Below are positions 23,035 through 34,500 of a DNA stretch of 64,000 nucleotides, one piece after another. The position numbers were made by a program, and so were the translations under genes. The notes under the pieces were generated by a model that was not told where the DNA came from, ran no database searches, and saw only the letters and a list, made by a program, of their open reading frames with translations. Location: NCBI RefSeq assembly GCF_902493215.1, contig NZ_CABUOL010000012.1:5527-69526 (forward strand), in the 5' to 3' direction. Position 1 is the first letter of the stretch. Each line of letters opens with the position of its first letter. The stretch is from an uncultured Mediterranea sp. GTDB lineage: Bacteria > Bacteroidota > Bacteroidia > Bacteroidales > Bacteroidaceae.

Positions 23035-23598
23035 ATGACACTCTCCGAATTTCTATCGTATGTGCAAACCGGCAAGGCGCTTAATACTGAACCCATCCAT
23101 CGCCTGATGAACGACATGAGCGAAGAAGCCCGGCGCATCACCTTCCGCCTGAACTCCGCCTATCATACCCCTGAAGAAGTCAGGGCACTGCTGTCCGAAC
23201 TCTTCGGCAAACCGGTCCCCGACACGCTTCGGGTCTTCCCTCCCTTCTATTCAGACTTCGGGAAAAACATCACAGTAGGCGAAAACGTATTCATCAATGC
23301 CTGCTGCCATTTCCAGGACCACGGCGGAGTAACGCTGGGCGACGGTTGCCAGATAGGGCACAACGTCGTATTCGCCACGCTCAACCACGGCCTGCAACCT
23401 GAAGACCGCGGCACCACCTACCCTGCTCCCATTGTTTTGGGCAAGAACGTATGGGTAGGCTCCAACGCCACCATCCTCCAGGGAGTCACCATCGGCGACA
23501 ATGCCGTCGTGGCCGCCGGAGCTGTTGTGACCAAAGATGTTCCGGCCGACGCCATCGTAGGTGGCGTGCCTGCCCGTTTCATCAAGAGCATCCGATAA
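23035..23598 (+). CDS. Sugar O-acetyltransferase (maltose/galactoside, hexapeptide repeat)
   Basis: [43 protein letters not shown]; -7 box TACCTTTG at 22980-22987. Confidence 0.88.
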   Translation: MTLSEFLSYVQTGKALNTEPIHRLMNDMSEEARRITFRLNSAYHTPEEVRALLSELFGKPVPDTLRVFPPFYSDFGKNITVGENVFINACCHFQDHGGVTLGDGCQIGHNVVFATLNHGLQPEDRGTTYPAPIVLGKNVWVGSNATILQGVTIGDNAVVAAGAVVTKDVPADAIVGGVPARFIKSIR

Positions 23599-23666
23599 TA
23601 TGGACAGTGGGCCGATTGTTCGACGAAAAAGACGTATATTTGCCGAACATTATGGAACCCAAAGAA

Positions 23667-25076
23667 ATGAAACAACCGAAAATAATCGTTGCCGGTATAG
23701 GACCGGGCAGCGAACAAGACATCACTCCTGCCGTCAAGGCCGCCCTGCAAGAGGCCGATGTGGTGGTAGGCTACAAATATTATTTCCAGTTTGTCGCTCC
23801 TTACCTGAACAGCAGTACCCAATGCGTGGATACAGGCATGAAACGCGAACGGGCACGGGCCGAACAGGCTTTCGAACTGGCCGAACAAGGCAAGACCGTC
23901 TGCGTCATCAGTTCGGGCGATGCCGGCATCTACGGCATGACGCCGCTCGTCTACGAAATGAAGCGCGAGCGGGGCAGTGCGGTCGAGGTCGTATCCCTGC
24001 CCGGCATCAGTGCCTTCCAGAAGGCTGCCTCCCTGCTGGGCGCTCCGGTAGGACATGATTTCTGCGTCATCTCCCTCAGCGACCTGATGACTCCCTGGGA
24101 GCGCATCGAGAAGCGCATCCGGGCCGCTGCCCAGGCCGACTTCGTGACGGCTGTCTACAACCCCAAGAGCGAAGGACGCTACTGGCAGCTCTACCGCCTG
24201 AAGGAAATCTTCCTGCAAGAAGACCGGTCGCCCCAGACACCCGTGGGCTACGTGCGCCAGGCCGGCCGACCCGAACAGGAGGTACACATCACCACACTCC
24301 AGGACTTCGATCCCGAAGAGGTGGACATGTTTACCGTCATCATCATCGGTAACTCCCAGTCCTACGAATGGCAGGGAGCATTCGTCACACCACGCGGATA
24401 TTATCGGGAAGAAAGTGCTTCAGGAGCTTCCGTCGGGCAGGACATCATGATACGCAGCTTCCGCACCATCGAACGCGAACTACAGCATCCCGACATTCCC
24501 CTCGACCACAAGTGGGCCCTGCTGCATGCCATCCACACCACGGCCGACTTCGAGATGGAGCATCTGCTGTATACCGACCCTCGAGCCGTGTCGACCCTGT
24601 ACGAACAGATAGCCTCCGGCCGCCTGAAGACCATCGTCACAGACGTGACCATGGCTGCCAGCGGCATCCGCAAAGGCGCCCTGCAACGCCTGGGTGTGGA
24701 GGTGAAATGCTACCTGAGCGATCCGCGTACAGCCGAACTGGCATCGGCCAAAGGCATCACCCGTACGCAAGCCGGTACCCGCCTGGCCGTTGAGGAACAC
24801 CCCGACGCCCTGTACGTCTTCGGCAACGCACCCACCGCCCTGATGGAGCTGTGCGACCTGATACGCAAGGGTAAGGCACACCCGGCCGGCATCGTGGCCG
24901 CTCCTGTCGGTTTCGTACATGTGCAGGAATCCAAGCACATGGTCAAGCCCTTCACCGACATTCCAAAAATCATTGTAGAAGGACGCAAAGGCGGAAGCAA
25001 TCTGGCCGCCACCCTCGTCAACGCTATCCTGTGCTATAACGACGCCGAACAACTGCGCCCCGGCCGAGACGTATAA
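23667..25076 (+). CDS. cobJ: Precorrin-3B C17-methyltransferase / precorrin-8X methylmutase fusion (CbiH-CbiC)
   Basis: GIGPG, ISSGDAGIYGM, HDFCVISLSDLMTPW; C-terminal IHTTADF, GNAPTAL, GRKGGS. Start at 23667 or 23652, after -7 box at 23635-23642. Confidence 0.9.
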   Translation: MKQPKIIVAGIGPGSEQDITPAVKAALQEADVVVGYKYYFQFVAPYLNSSTQCVDTGMKRERARAEQAFELAEQGKTVCVISSGDAGIYGMTPLVYEMKRERGSAVEVVSLPGISAFQKAASLLGAPVGHDFCVISLSDLMTPWERIEKRIRAAAQADFVTAVYNPKSEGRYWQLYRLKEIFLQEDRSPQTPVGYVRQAGRPEQEVHITTLQDFDPEEVDMFTVIIIGNSQSYEWQGAFVTPRGYYREESASGASVGQDIMIRSFRTIERELQHPDIPLDHKWALLHAIHTTADFEMEHLLYTDPRAVSTLYEQIASGRLKTIVTDVTMAASGIRKGALQRLGVEVKCYLSDPRTAELASAKGITRTQAGTRLAVEEHPDALYVFGNAPTALMELCDLIRKGKAHPAGIVAAPVGFVHVQESKHMVKPFTDIPKIIVEGRKGGSNLAATLVNAILCYNDAEQLRPGRDV

Positions 25077-25100
25077 CACAGGCAGAAAACAGACTTCATT

Positions 25101-26306
25101 ATGGAACAGAAATTCATAGTCATCGGCATGGACGACCGCCCGCAGCCCTACTTTCCTCCCGAAGTACAGGAGCTCATCCGCTGCGGGAAAGTCTTTTCGG
25201 GCGGTATCCGTCACCACGAAATCGTGTCGTCCCTGCTGCCCGACGATGCCCGGTGGATAGACATCACCGTGCCGCTGGACGACGTTTTTGCCCGCTACGA
25301 AGCCCACTTCGCTTCCGAAGGCAGCCCGCTGCTGGTCTTTGCCTCGGGCGACCCGCTCTTTTTCGGCTTCGCCAATACCATCCGGCGGAAGATGCCAGAG
25401 GCAGACATCCGCCTATTCCCGTCGTTCAACTCCCTGCAGACGCTGGCCCACCGGCTGGTGATACCCTACAACGACATGCGCACCGTGTCGCTCACCGGCC
25501 GCCCCTGGCAGGAGCTGGACCGTGCCCTGATAGAGCGTGCTCCGCACATCGGCCTGCTGACCGACCGAGAACATACGCCCGACGCCATTGCCCGACGCCT
25601 GCTGGACTTTGGTTACAACGGTTACACGATGTACGTGGGCGAACACCTGGGCAACCCGTCCCAAGAACGCATCCGGCAGATGAGCCTAGAAGAAGCCTCA
25701 CAAAGCCGCTTCGAGCACCCCAACAACCTGATGCTTGTAGCCCGCCAACCGCTTCCTCCCCGCCCCTTCGGTATCCCCGACGAGGCTTTCGAACACCTGG
25801 ACGGACGGGCACGCATGATTACCAAGGCGCCCATCCGTCTGCTCACGTTGCAGGCACTCGAACTGTCGGGCCGCCACGTCCTGTGGGACATCGGTTTCTG
25901 CACGGGCTCTGTGTCCATCGAAGCCCGCCTGCAGTTTCCTCATCTCAAAGTTGTGGCGTTCGAAGTGCGTCCCGAAGGCCGGCATCTGATGGAAGTGAAC
26001 AGCCGCCGCTTCGGCGTGCCGGGCATCACGGCCCTTATCGGTGACTTTCTGCAGGCCGATTTAACAGACCTTCCACGTCCGGACGCCGTGTTCATCGGAG
26101 GCCACGGAGGTCGGCTGGACAACATGCTGTCCCGCATCCGCGAAGTGCTCCTGCCGGAAGGCTGCATCGTGCTCAACTCCGTATCGGCCGAAAGCCGCGA
26201 AGCCTTCTGCACGGGCATCCGCGACCTGGGCATGAAGCTCTGCCCAGCCCTGCACGTGGCACTGAACGACTACAACCCCATCGATATCCTGAAAGCTACC
26301 TTTTAA
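25101..26306 (+). CDS. cbiE: Precorrin-6Y C5,15-methyltransferase (CbiE-CbiT fusion)
   Basis: ASGDPLFFG, MITKAPIR, WDIGFCTGSVSIE, PDAVFIGG. Confidence 0.9.
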   Translation: MEQKFIVIGMDDRPQPYFPPEVQELIRCGKVFSGGIRHHEIVSSLLPDDARWIDITVPLDDVFARYEAHFASEGSPLLVFASGDPLFFGFANTIRRKMPEADIRLFPSFNSLQTLAHRLVIPYNDMRTVSLTGRPWQELDRALIERAPHIGLLTDREHTPDAIARRLLDFGYNGYTMYVGEHLGNPSQERIRQMSLEEASQSRFEHPNNLMLVARQPLPPRPFGIPDEAFEHLDGRARMITKAPIRLLTLQALELSGRHVLWDIGFCTGSVSIEARLQFPHLKVVAFEVRPEGRHLMEVNSRRFGVPGITALIGDFLQADLTDLPRPDAVFIGGHGGRLDNMLSRIREVLLPEGCIVLNSVSAESREAFCTGIRDLGMKLCPALHVALNDYNPIDILKATF

Positions 26307-26327
26307 CGTCAAAACTTTAGCATTAGC

Positions 26328-28184
26328 ATGAAAACAGCGATTCTCATCATATCCGAAAAAGGTCTGGGCATAGCCCGGCAGCTTGTACGCGAATTTCCGC
26401 AGACGACCCTTGTCAGTACCACGGTGCAGGCAGACGACTGCCAACCGATAGACAGCTATGACCTTTTCCTGAAAGAACATTTCCACCGCTTCGACGCCTT
26501 CCTCTTCATCGGAGCCATGGGCATCTGTGTGCGCAGCATCGCCCCCTATATCCGGGACAAGCATACCGATCCTGCCGTAGTCTGCATCGACAGTACCGGC
26601 CACTACGTCATCCCCGTGCTTTCGGGCCACATCGGTGGGGCCAACGAACTGGCGCAGAACGTGGCCGGAGCCCTGGGAGCCGAAGCCGTTGTCACGACAC
26701 AAAGCGACCGCACCAGTCTGTGGGCACTCGACACGCTGGGCCAGCCGTATGGATGGACCTGCCTGCCCGCCGACTCCGAAGGACGCACCCTGCAGCCTAC
26801 GGATGAAAGCCACCGCGCCTTGAACCGACTCATCGGTCTGTTCGTCAAGCAGGTGCCTACCCTGCTCTATATCGGTGTGCGTGTGCCGGGTGTAGAAAAG
26901 CTGGAACAGAGCTGCCCATCCCATGTCACCCTCCGCTACGGCCGTTTCGAAGACATCGACCTGAAGCCCTACGAACTGCTGTTGCTCCTGACACCCTTCT
27001 GCCACAACACGGCCGGAGTGCCCACCCTCTACTACATTCCACGGGTGCTCCATGCGGGCATCGGCCTGGCCCACGAAGCCGGCCCTACCGACGAAATCAT
27101 CACCTGCCTGAACGATACCCTCCTGGAACACCGCCTCCAGCCGGCCGCCATTGCCGACTATGCCACCATCTGCGAAAAGCGCGAAGAGCCTGTAGTCAAG
27201 CAGCTCCAGACCCGGCAGACCGTGCACTTCTATACAGCCGACGAACTGAAGACCGTCGACGTGCCTACCCCGAGTGAAGTGGTGCAGAAGCACATGGGCA
27301 CTCCCAGCGTCAGCGAGGCGGCCGCCCTGCTGGCCTCGGACGGCGGTCGGCTGGTACTGAACAAGCAGAAAGGCAGTAACTATACGCTGGCCGTAGCTGT
27401 AAGTCAAGATGTATTGACCGACCACGGCCACATCGAGATTGTAGGAGCCGGTCCCGGCGACCCCGACCTGATATCGGTACGCGGACGGCAGATGCTGGAG
27501 AAGGCCGACCTGATACTCTACGCCGGCAGCCTGGTGCCTCGCGAGCTGACCCACTGCGCCAAGCCCGGCGCCACGGTGCGTAGCTCCGCTTCGATGAACC
27601 TGGAGGAACAGTTTGCCCTGATGAAGGAATTCTACGACCGCGGGCAGTTCATCGTCCGCCTGCACACGGGCGACCCCTGTATCTACGGAGCCATTCAGGA
27701 ACAGATGAACTACTTCGACCGCTACGGCATGAGTTACCACATCACGCCGGGCATCTCGTCCTTCCAGGCCGCCGCAGCAGCATTGAAATCGCAGTTCACC
27801 ATCCCCGAGAAGGTACAGAGCATCATCCTGACCCGCGGTGAAGGACGCACCCCCATGCCTCCGCGCGAGAAACTGCACCTCATGGCCCGCTCGCAGAGCA
27901 CCATGTGTATCTTCCTCAGCGCCGGCATCGTAGACCAGGTACAGGCCGAACTGCTGCAGGAGTATCCCGAAGACACTCCCGTGGCCGCCTGCTACCACCT
28001 GACGTGGAAGGACGAACGCATCTACCGTGGCGTATTGAAAGATCTTGCCCGCATCGTGAAGGACAACCAACTGACATTGACCACCATGATCGTGGTGGGC
28101 GAAGCTATCGACAACCGCCAGGGCCTCTCGCGCCTGTACGCTCACGAATTTGCCCATCTGTACCGCAACGCCACCGACCGATAA
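26328..28184 (+). CDS. cobM: CbiG hydrolase / precorrin-4 C11-methyltransferase (CbiF) fusion
   Basis: DKHTDPAVV, LSGHIGGAN, SVSEAAAL; then VGAGPGDPDLI, YAGSLV, RLHTGDPCIYGAIQEQ. Confidence 0.9.
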   Translation: MKTAILIISEKGLGIARQLVREFPQTTLVSTTVQADDCQPIDSYDLFLKEHFHRFDAFLFIGAMGICVRSIAPYIRDKHTDPAVVCIDSTGHYVIPVLSGHIGGANELAQNVAGALGAEAVVTTQSDRTSLWALDTLGQPYGWTCLPADSEGRTLQPTDESHRALNRLIGLFVKQVPTLLYIGVRVPGVEKLEQSCPSHVTLRYGRFEDIDLKPYELLLLLTPFCHNTAGVPTLYYIPRVLHAGIGLAHEAGPTDEIITCLNDTLLEHRLQPAAIADYATICEKREEPVVKQLQTRQTVHFYTADELKTVDVPTPSEVVQKHMGTPSVSEAAALLASDGGRLVLNKQKGSNYTLAVAVSQDVLTDHGHIEIVGAGPGDPDLISVRGRQMLEKADLILYAGSLVPRELTHCAKPGATVRSSASMNLEEQFALMKEFYDRGQFIVRLHTGDPCIYGAIQEQMNYFDRYGMSYHITPGISSFQAAAAALKSQFTIPEKVQSIILTRGEGRTPMPPREKLHLMARSQSTMCIFLSAGIVDQVQAELLQEYPEDTPVAACYHLTWKDERIYRGVLKDLARIVKDNQLTLTTMIVVGEAIDNRQGLSRLYAHEFAHLYRNATDR

Positions 28185-28211
28185 TCGTCTCATCCCTAAC
28201 CAGATACCTGT

Positions 28212-30104
28212 ATGATTCTTATCTTAGGCGGAACTACCGAAGGCCGGACAGCGGCCAAGACCCTGGAAGAGGCTGGACAGCCTTTCTACTACTCCACCCG
28301 TGGTGACGAGCAGGAAGTAACCCTGCATCACGGCATCCGGCTGCAAGGTGGCATGGATACCGAAGCCTTGGCCGACTTCTGCCGGCAGCACGACATCCGG
28401 CTGCTGGTGGATGCTGCTCACCCCTTTGCCGCACAGCTGCATCAGAACGTGGCCGAAGCCGCCACGCAGTTGTCCCTGCCGGTCATCCGCTTCGAACGCC
28501 TCTACCCGCCCCGTGAAGCCTGCCCCGTGGAATGGATGGACAACTACCCCGAAGCCATGGAACAGATACGCCAGGGACATCCGTCGTCTTTTCTGGCCCT
28601 GACTGGCGTACAGAGCATCGGAAAAATGGCTCCGCTATGGCAGGAAGCCGACTTTCCCTGCTACTTCCGTATCCTGGACCGAGACAGCTCGCGCCACCTG
28701 GCCAACCGTCAGGGATTTCCCCGCGAACGCCTCCTGTACTACCACGAAGGCGAAGACGAACGGCAACTGCTGGAACAGCTCCGTCCAGACGTTATCCTAC
28801 TGAAAGAAAGCGGATTGTCAGGAGGATTTAAAGAAAAGGTTGAAGCGGCCGCCTCGCTCGGCATCCGGATACTGGCCCTGCGCCGACCGCCGCTGCCTAC
28901 CTCCTTCATCACCGTGACAGGCAGGCACGGACTCCGTCGGAAGGTGGAACAACTGCTGCCCGACTTCTATGCGCAGCACACGGGACTGACGACCGGTACC
29001 TGCGCCACCGCCGCTGCCGTAGCCGCCACATGGGAAGCCCTGCACAACGGCGACGAGAGACGGCCCGACGAATTTCCTGTGGTGCTGCCCGACGGCGAGA
29101 TACTCTCCGTCGCCGCCCGCACGAGCAGCCGCACCGTCTCGGCCGACGGACAGACCGTCTGCGCCTCGGCCAGCGTTGTCAAGGATGCGGGCGACGACCC
29201 CGACATCACCGATGGCCTGACGATAGAAGCCCGCGTCGTGCTGCATCTTTCGGACCGACCATGCGCCTCCGACACCTTACCCGTCGACATCGACGGCGGG
29301 GCGGGCGTGGGCCGCGTCACCCTGCCCGGACTGGATGCCGCCGTGGGCCAGGCAGCCATCAACGCCACGCCACGCCGCATGATAGCTACCGGCATCCGCT
29401 ACCTGCTCTCCACCCTGCCCAAACAGTCCCAGCATCCCATCCGGGCCGAAGTCATCCTCTCCGTCCCCCAAGGTGAAGAAATAGCCCGACGCACCTTCAA
29501 CCCGCGCCTGGGTATCGTGGGCGGCATCTCCATCATCGGTACTTCGGGCATCGTGAAACCATTCTCTACAGAAGCCTTCATCCACTCCATCGCCAAGTCC
29601 ATGGATGTGGCTCGTGCCACGGGCAGCCCGCGTGTCGTCATCAACTCCGGTGCCAAGAGCGAACGCTTCGTCCGTGCCTACTACCCCGACCTGCCTCCGC
29701 AAGCCTTCGTACACTACGGCAACTTCATCGGCGAGACGCTGAAGCTGGCCGACAACCTCCGCGTACCCCGTGTTACACTGGGTGTCATGATTGGAAAGGC
29801 CGTCAAGCTGGCCGAAGGCCATCTGAACACACACAGCCGCCAGGTGACGATGAACCGCGATTTCATCGCCTCGCTGGCCCGCGAAGCCGGATGCAGTGGA
29901 GACATCTGTACCCGCATCGGCAGCCTCAACCTGGCCCGCGAACTGTGGACACTTATTCCGCAGACTATTATACCCGTCTTTGCACACACTATTCTGATGC
30001 ATTGTTATCATCACTGTGCCCCTTTACTGTCACACGGCGAACTGACCATCCTCCTCATTTCGGAAGAGGGAAAAATCTATTCATCTTCCGTTCGTACCAA
30101 TTGA
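28212..30104 (+). CDS. cbiD: Precorrin-6A reductase (CbiJ) / CbiD fusion
   Basis: ILILGGTTEGR, DAAHPFA, KESG; then GLTTGTCATAAA, KDAGDDPDIT, TFNPRLGIVGGISIIGTSGIV. Confidence 0.9.
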   Translation: MILILGGTTEGRTAAKTLEEAGQPFYYSTRGDEQEVTLHHGIRLQGGMDTEALADFCRQHDIRLLVDAAHPFAAQLHQNVAEAATQLSLPVIRFERLYPPREACPVEWMDNYPEAMEQIRQGHPSSFLALTGVQSIGKMAPLWQEADFPCYFRILDRDSSRHLANRQGFPRERLLYYHEGEDERQLLEQLRPDVILLKESGLSGGFKEKVEAAASLGIRILALRRPPLPTSFITVTGRHGLRRKVEQLLPDFYAQHTGLTTGTCATAAAVAATWEALHNGDERRPDEFPVVLPDGEILSVAARTSSRTVSADGQTVCASASVVKDAGDDPDITDGLTIEARVVLHLSDRPCASDTLPVDIDGGAGVGRVTLPGLDAAVGQAAINATPRRMIATGIRYLLSTLPKQSQHPIRAEVILSVPQGEEIARRTFNPRLGIVGGISIIGTSGIVKPFSTEAFIHSIAKSMDVARATGSPRVVINSGAKSERFVRAYYPDLPPQAFVHYGNFIGETLKLADNLRVPRVTLGVMIGKAVKLAEGHLNTHSRQVTMNRDFIASLAREAGCSGDICTRIGSLNLARELWTLIPQTIIPVFAHTILMHCYHHCAPLLSHGELTILLISEEGKIYSSSVRTN

Positions 30105-30126
30105 ACAGAACTTGCATACAACATAC

Positions 30127-30171
30127 AAAAAGAATGTAGACAATCTGTTTCCTTCTTGTCTACATTCTTTT
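30127..30171. terminator. Bidirectional terminator between convergent cbiD and the TolC-family gene
   Basis: aaaagaatgtagacaa / ttgtctacattctttt inverted repeat. Confidence 0.75.
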
Positions 30172-30229
30172 ATCAAAACATATATATTCTGTCCACCGAC
30201 AGAATTTAAACGGAACATACCCTAAAGTC

Positions 30230-31522
30230 TCATCGGCCTGTAGCCTGCAAATAAGTCCGTTTCTTTACCTCATACTGCATGCACGATTCGACATATTTGT
30301 CCCGACTTTGCTGATAGAGAGTCTGCGCATCCAGCAATTCGCTCATCGCGCATGTCCCTGCCGCATAATAATCCGTGTTAAGTCTCAAGTTTTCGTCGGC
30401 CTGTTCTATGGACAGAAGAGCTATCTCCATTTGTTTGTAAGCATCGTTCAGTTCGTTCCAGGCATTCTGCATACGGATAACAAGCATCTGACTTTGGTCT
30501 TCCAACTGATTCTCGGCATTCTGCACACGGAGTTTGTCCCGTTTCATCTCGTGCGTCCCGCTCCACCAACCGGTCAGCGGAACACTGACAGTCGCAAACC
30601 CGACCCAGAACGACTGGTCTCTGTCCATCAGGTTTTCATATACATAGCCACCACCTATAGCCACCGTCGGAAGATGCTTGCCCACGGTCAGCTTCCGTTG
30701 CAGACGAGTTGCCTTCAAGTTCTGCTGCAGCAGATGATATTCTTCTGTCAGCAGAAGAGAAACATCCGGATTCCGGTACAGGCTGTCCGGCCGTTCCGGA
30801 AGTTTCCAACCGATATTCATTTGCACATCAATGCTGTCTGTTGGATGTCCAATGTATTGTGCAAGCATATTACGCGACAAGGCAAGTGCATTTTCCACTT
30901 CTATACGCCCGCTGCGGGTTTCATTCTGCCGAAGCTGCACCTGTAAAAGATCATTGCGCGTAGTAAGTCCCGCATGGACGACAGCCTCAACATCCGCGTT
31001 CAACCGTTCCAATTGTTTTTCTACTGTAGAAATGGTCCTTAATTTTTCCTTCAAAGTCACAACCTGCCAAAAATATTGCTCGGTTGTCAGCCTTACTTCT
31101 TTCTCCGAAAGGTTACGCTGCAAACGTTTCACCTCGACATTGACCTCGGCGAGTTTGTTACCATGAACTATCTGACCACCGGTAAAAAGAGGCAGACTGG
31201 CCGTAACACCGCCCATCACTCCATCCTTCATCATCGAGATACCCTGTCCGGGGGCCATTTCCATCTGCAAGAGACCTTGATCAGCCACAAAAGCCCCTCC
31301 TCCGGCCATTACACTGGGGAAATAATTGGTAAAGGCTGACTGACGGTCCTGACGGGCCGCATAAAGATCATTGACGGCATTTTTAATGCGTACATTATTG
31401 CTCAAAGCTTCTTGAATACATTCGTCCAATGTATATGTATGCTGGGCACGCAATGACAGGGGCATACATAAGCCTGTTACCATTCCCAGATACAGAAACA
31501 TAATTTTATTTTTTACTTTCAT
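30230..31522 (-). CDS. TolC-family outer membrane efflux protein
   Basis: Signal peptide, TLDECIQEAL, duplicated OEP repeats, YYAAGTCAMSELLDAQ. Confidence 0.88.
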   Translation of the reverse strand: MKVKNKIMFLYLGMVTGLCMPLSLRAQHTYTLDECIQEALSNNVRIKNAVNDLYAARQDRQSAFTNYFPSVMAGGGAFVADQGLLQMEMAPGQGISMMKDGVMGGVTASLPLFTGGQIVHGNKLAEVNVEVKRLQRNLSEKEVRLTTEQYFWQVVTLKEKLRTISTVEKQLERLNADVEAVVHAGLTTRNDLLQVQLRQNETRSGRIEVENALALSRNMLAQYIGHPTDSIDVQMNIGWKLPERPDSLYRNPDVSLLLTEEYHLLQQNLKATRLQRKLTVGKHLPTVAIGGGYVYENLMDRDQSFWVGFATVSVPLTGWWSGTHEMKRDKLRVQNAENQLEDQSQMLVIRMQNAWNELNDAYKQMEIALLSIEQADENLRLNTDYYAAGTCAMSELLDAQTLYQQSRDKYVESCMQYEVKKRTYLQATGR

Positions 31523-31571
31523 AATTTCATGTCGTTTACTCGTTCATATCTGATAAAAGCTCCCTATCGGA

Positions 31572-34500
31572 TTATTGTTTTTCCAAAGCCTCACTTCTGA
31601 CCCTTCGTCCCGTACTACCGCGGAAAATCAACAGATAACAAACAGGAAGGACAGTCAACAGAAATACCATGGTAATCAGGGTTCCGTAACAAATAACCGT
31701 ACCCATCGGCATCCACAAACCGCTTTTACCCAGTATCATCGGTATGACACCCATGGATGCGGCAGCCGATGTCAGAAAAATGGGACGCATACGCCGGCGG
31801 GCCGAATGATAGATGGCATCACGTACCCCCAGGCGTTCAACGGTACGCAATTCTTCGGCATAATCAATCATAATGATGCCGTTTCGCACAATAATACCCA
31901 TCAGACTGATGATACCCAATGTACTGGTCATACTGAAATCTACCCCCTGAATCAAGACTCCGACTGCAGTACCGAACAGGCAAAGTGTCATACTGGCAAA
32001 AATAAGCAGAGCGATGCTGATACGACGGAAATGAGCCAGCAGAATAAAGAAGATGATAAAAGCAGCAATGGCCAGAGCTCCCATAATAGGCGGTAAATTT
32101 TCATTGTCCTGCTCACGGTCACCTCCATAGGCAAGTTCCACTCCTGCAGGAAGCGGAATCTCTTCCAGACGTTTCATCAGTTTTGCAGTGAAGGCCGTCG
32201 GATTTACTTCACGACGCACGTCGGACATCACCGTAATGGTATAAACACCGTTCCTACGGACAATCTGTCCATCCTCCGAACAGGGCTCCATAACAGCCAG
32301 CTGACGCAAAGGAACATAAGACAGCCCTCCTGCTACAGGTATCAATTCTCCATTCAAATCAGAAAAAGAGGCACTATCGGCCTTTTCGCTCTTCAAGGTT
32401 ACAGGGATGGCATAATCTCCTTCCCACAGATTGGCCATCGGCAGACCATTTCCATAACGCATGGCCAATGTCGTTTCCAACTGTATATTGTTGATACCAA
32501 GACGGGTAGCTTCATCTTCCTTCATCCGTAACCGGACGGTCGTCTGCGGTTCGCTGAAGTTGGTCTGTGCAAGCTGTGTTTCAGGCATGTTACGCAGCAA
32601 AGCAAGATATTTCCCGGCAATGTTCTTCAATGTATCCAGATTGTTACCGCTCAAGCGCAATTCCACAGGATAGACAGCCTGGCTGAAACTGATTTGCTTG
32701 AAACGGACCCTGGCTTCGGGAAAAGCGTTGGTGTATCGCGGAGCGTACTCATCGAGTAGCTGTACGGTTTCCTTGTTACCGGTCGTGTTGACAATCAGCT
32801 GCGCATAATTGGTACCTCCCAACTGAGGAGCGTATGCCGTATGAAACCTTGGCGAAGAGCAACCAACAAAAGCCGTAACAGAAAGTACACGCGGATCACG
32901 GCGAAGCAGGTGTTCTACACTATCGGCTACCAAAGCCGTCTTCTCTACCGCCGAACCTGTAGGCAGATATATTTCGACAGCAAACTGGTCACGGTCGGCT
33001 ACAGGCATCAGACGTTGGGGCAACTGCCCCATCAGCACAATTCCGACAACAATGGAAACCAAACCCGAGAACAACGTGATATACGGATGGGCAAAGCAGA
33101 CGTCAAGCAACCGGTTATAATATTTCTGAAGTACGGAAAGAAACGAAAAACCTTTCTGTACGCCAGGTATCGGTTTACGGATAAACCAAAACTGCATAAA
33201 CGGTACCAACAACATGGCCACCAGCAGCGATACGCCCAAAATAAGTGTAATGGACCATGGAAAGCTGAGCAGGAAGTCGTGTATCATTCCCTTGATAACG
33301 ATCAAAAAGGGAAAGAACGTAATACTGATAGCCAGCGTAGCCGAAAATATGGATTTGAAGAAATGTGTGGCACTTTGAATGGAGGCATGCCAACGGGACA
33401 TACCTTCACCCAGCTTCTCGAGATAACTGTCGATGATCACAATCGAATTGTCTACAATCATACCCAATGTGACGATAAGTGCCGCCAACGTCACCGTATT
33501 CAGTTCGATACCAAAAGCATAGAACAACCCTAAAGAGATGAATATGGTAATGGGGATGGTAGAAGCTGCCACCAAAGCCACTTTCAAAGGTAAGAGCAAC
33601 ATAACGATAACGACCACAGCCCCGATGGCGATAAGCAACTCGTGCAGGAACGTATTGACGCTGTCGCCCACCACCCGGGCCTGGTCGGTAATGCGGTACA
33701 TATTCACTTCAGAAGGTAATTCCTTCTTGAAAAGAGTCAGTACATGATCCACTTCTTCGCCCATACGAACGATGTTCTGCCCCTTTTTCATCTCGACACT
33801 GAGCAGAATACACTTCGTCCCGTTATTGGTAATATAGCTGTCGGCGTGAGGATATTCCTTCACAACACGTGCCACATCCTTCAGACGTATGTTGTGTCCT
33901 GACGGATCGTTGTAAACAATCTGTTCACGAATATCGGAAAGTGTATTGAAAGATTTCTCCACATGGATTGGCAAGACGTAATCGGGCGTCTGTATCCGGC
34001 CGCCCGAAGTTACGAATCCCTTGGCAAACAGTCCGGCCGCAATAGTCTGCTCGTTCAGACCATATTGCGACAGACGGGCCGGATCGAGATAGACTGAAAT
34101 CTGCTCCTTGCGTTCTCCGCTCACCGTCAATCGGCCTACGCTTTTGATACGGCGCAACCGGTCCATCAGTTCATCCATATAGCCATGCAGTTCACGATAA
34201 GTTTTGTCCTTGCTTTCCATGGTGATAAGCAAAGCCGAGGTATCGCCGAAATCGTCCATCACCTGTATGGCCAGTACATTGGAAGGCAGTTGCGATTTGA
34301 ACATGGCCACTCCGTGCTTGAACTTGCTCCAGAATTCATCCTTATTGTTCAGGTCATCGTTCAGTTCCACTTGAACAAATACCATACCGTCACGGGTTGT
34401 CGAGAAAGTCTTTTCCTTCTTCACTTCCTTGTAAGTAAAGATATAGTCCTCCAACGGTTTGGTTACCTGTTCCACCATTTCTTCTACGTTGATTCCCGGT

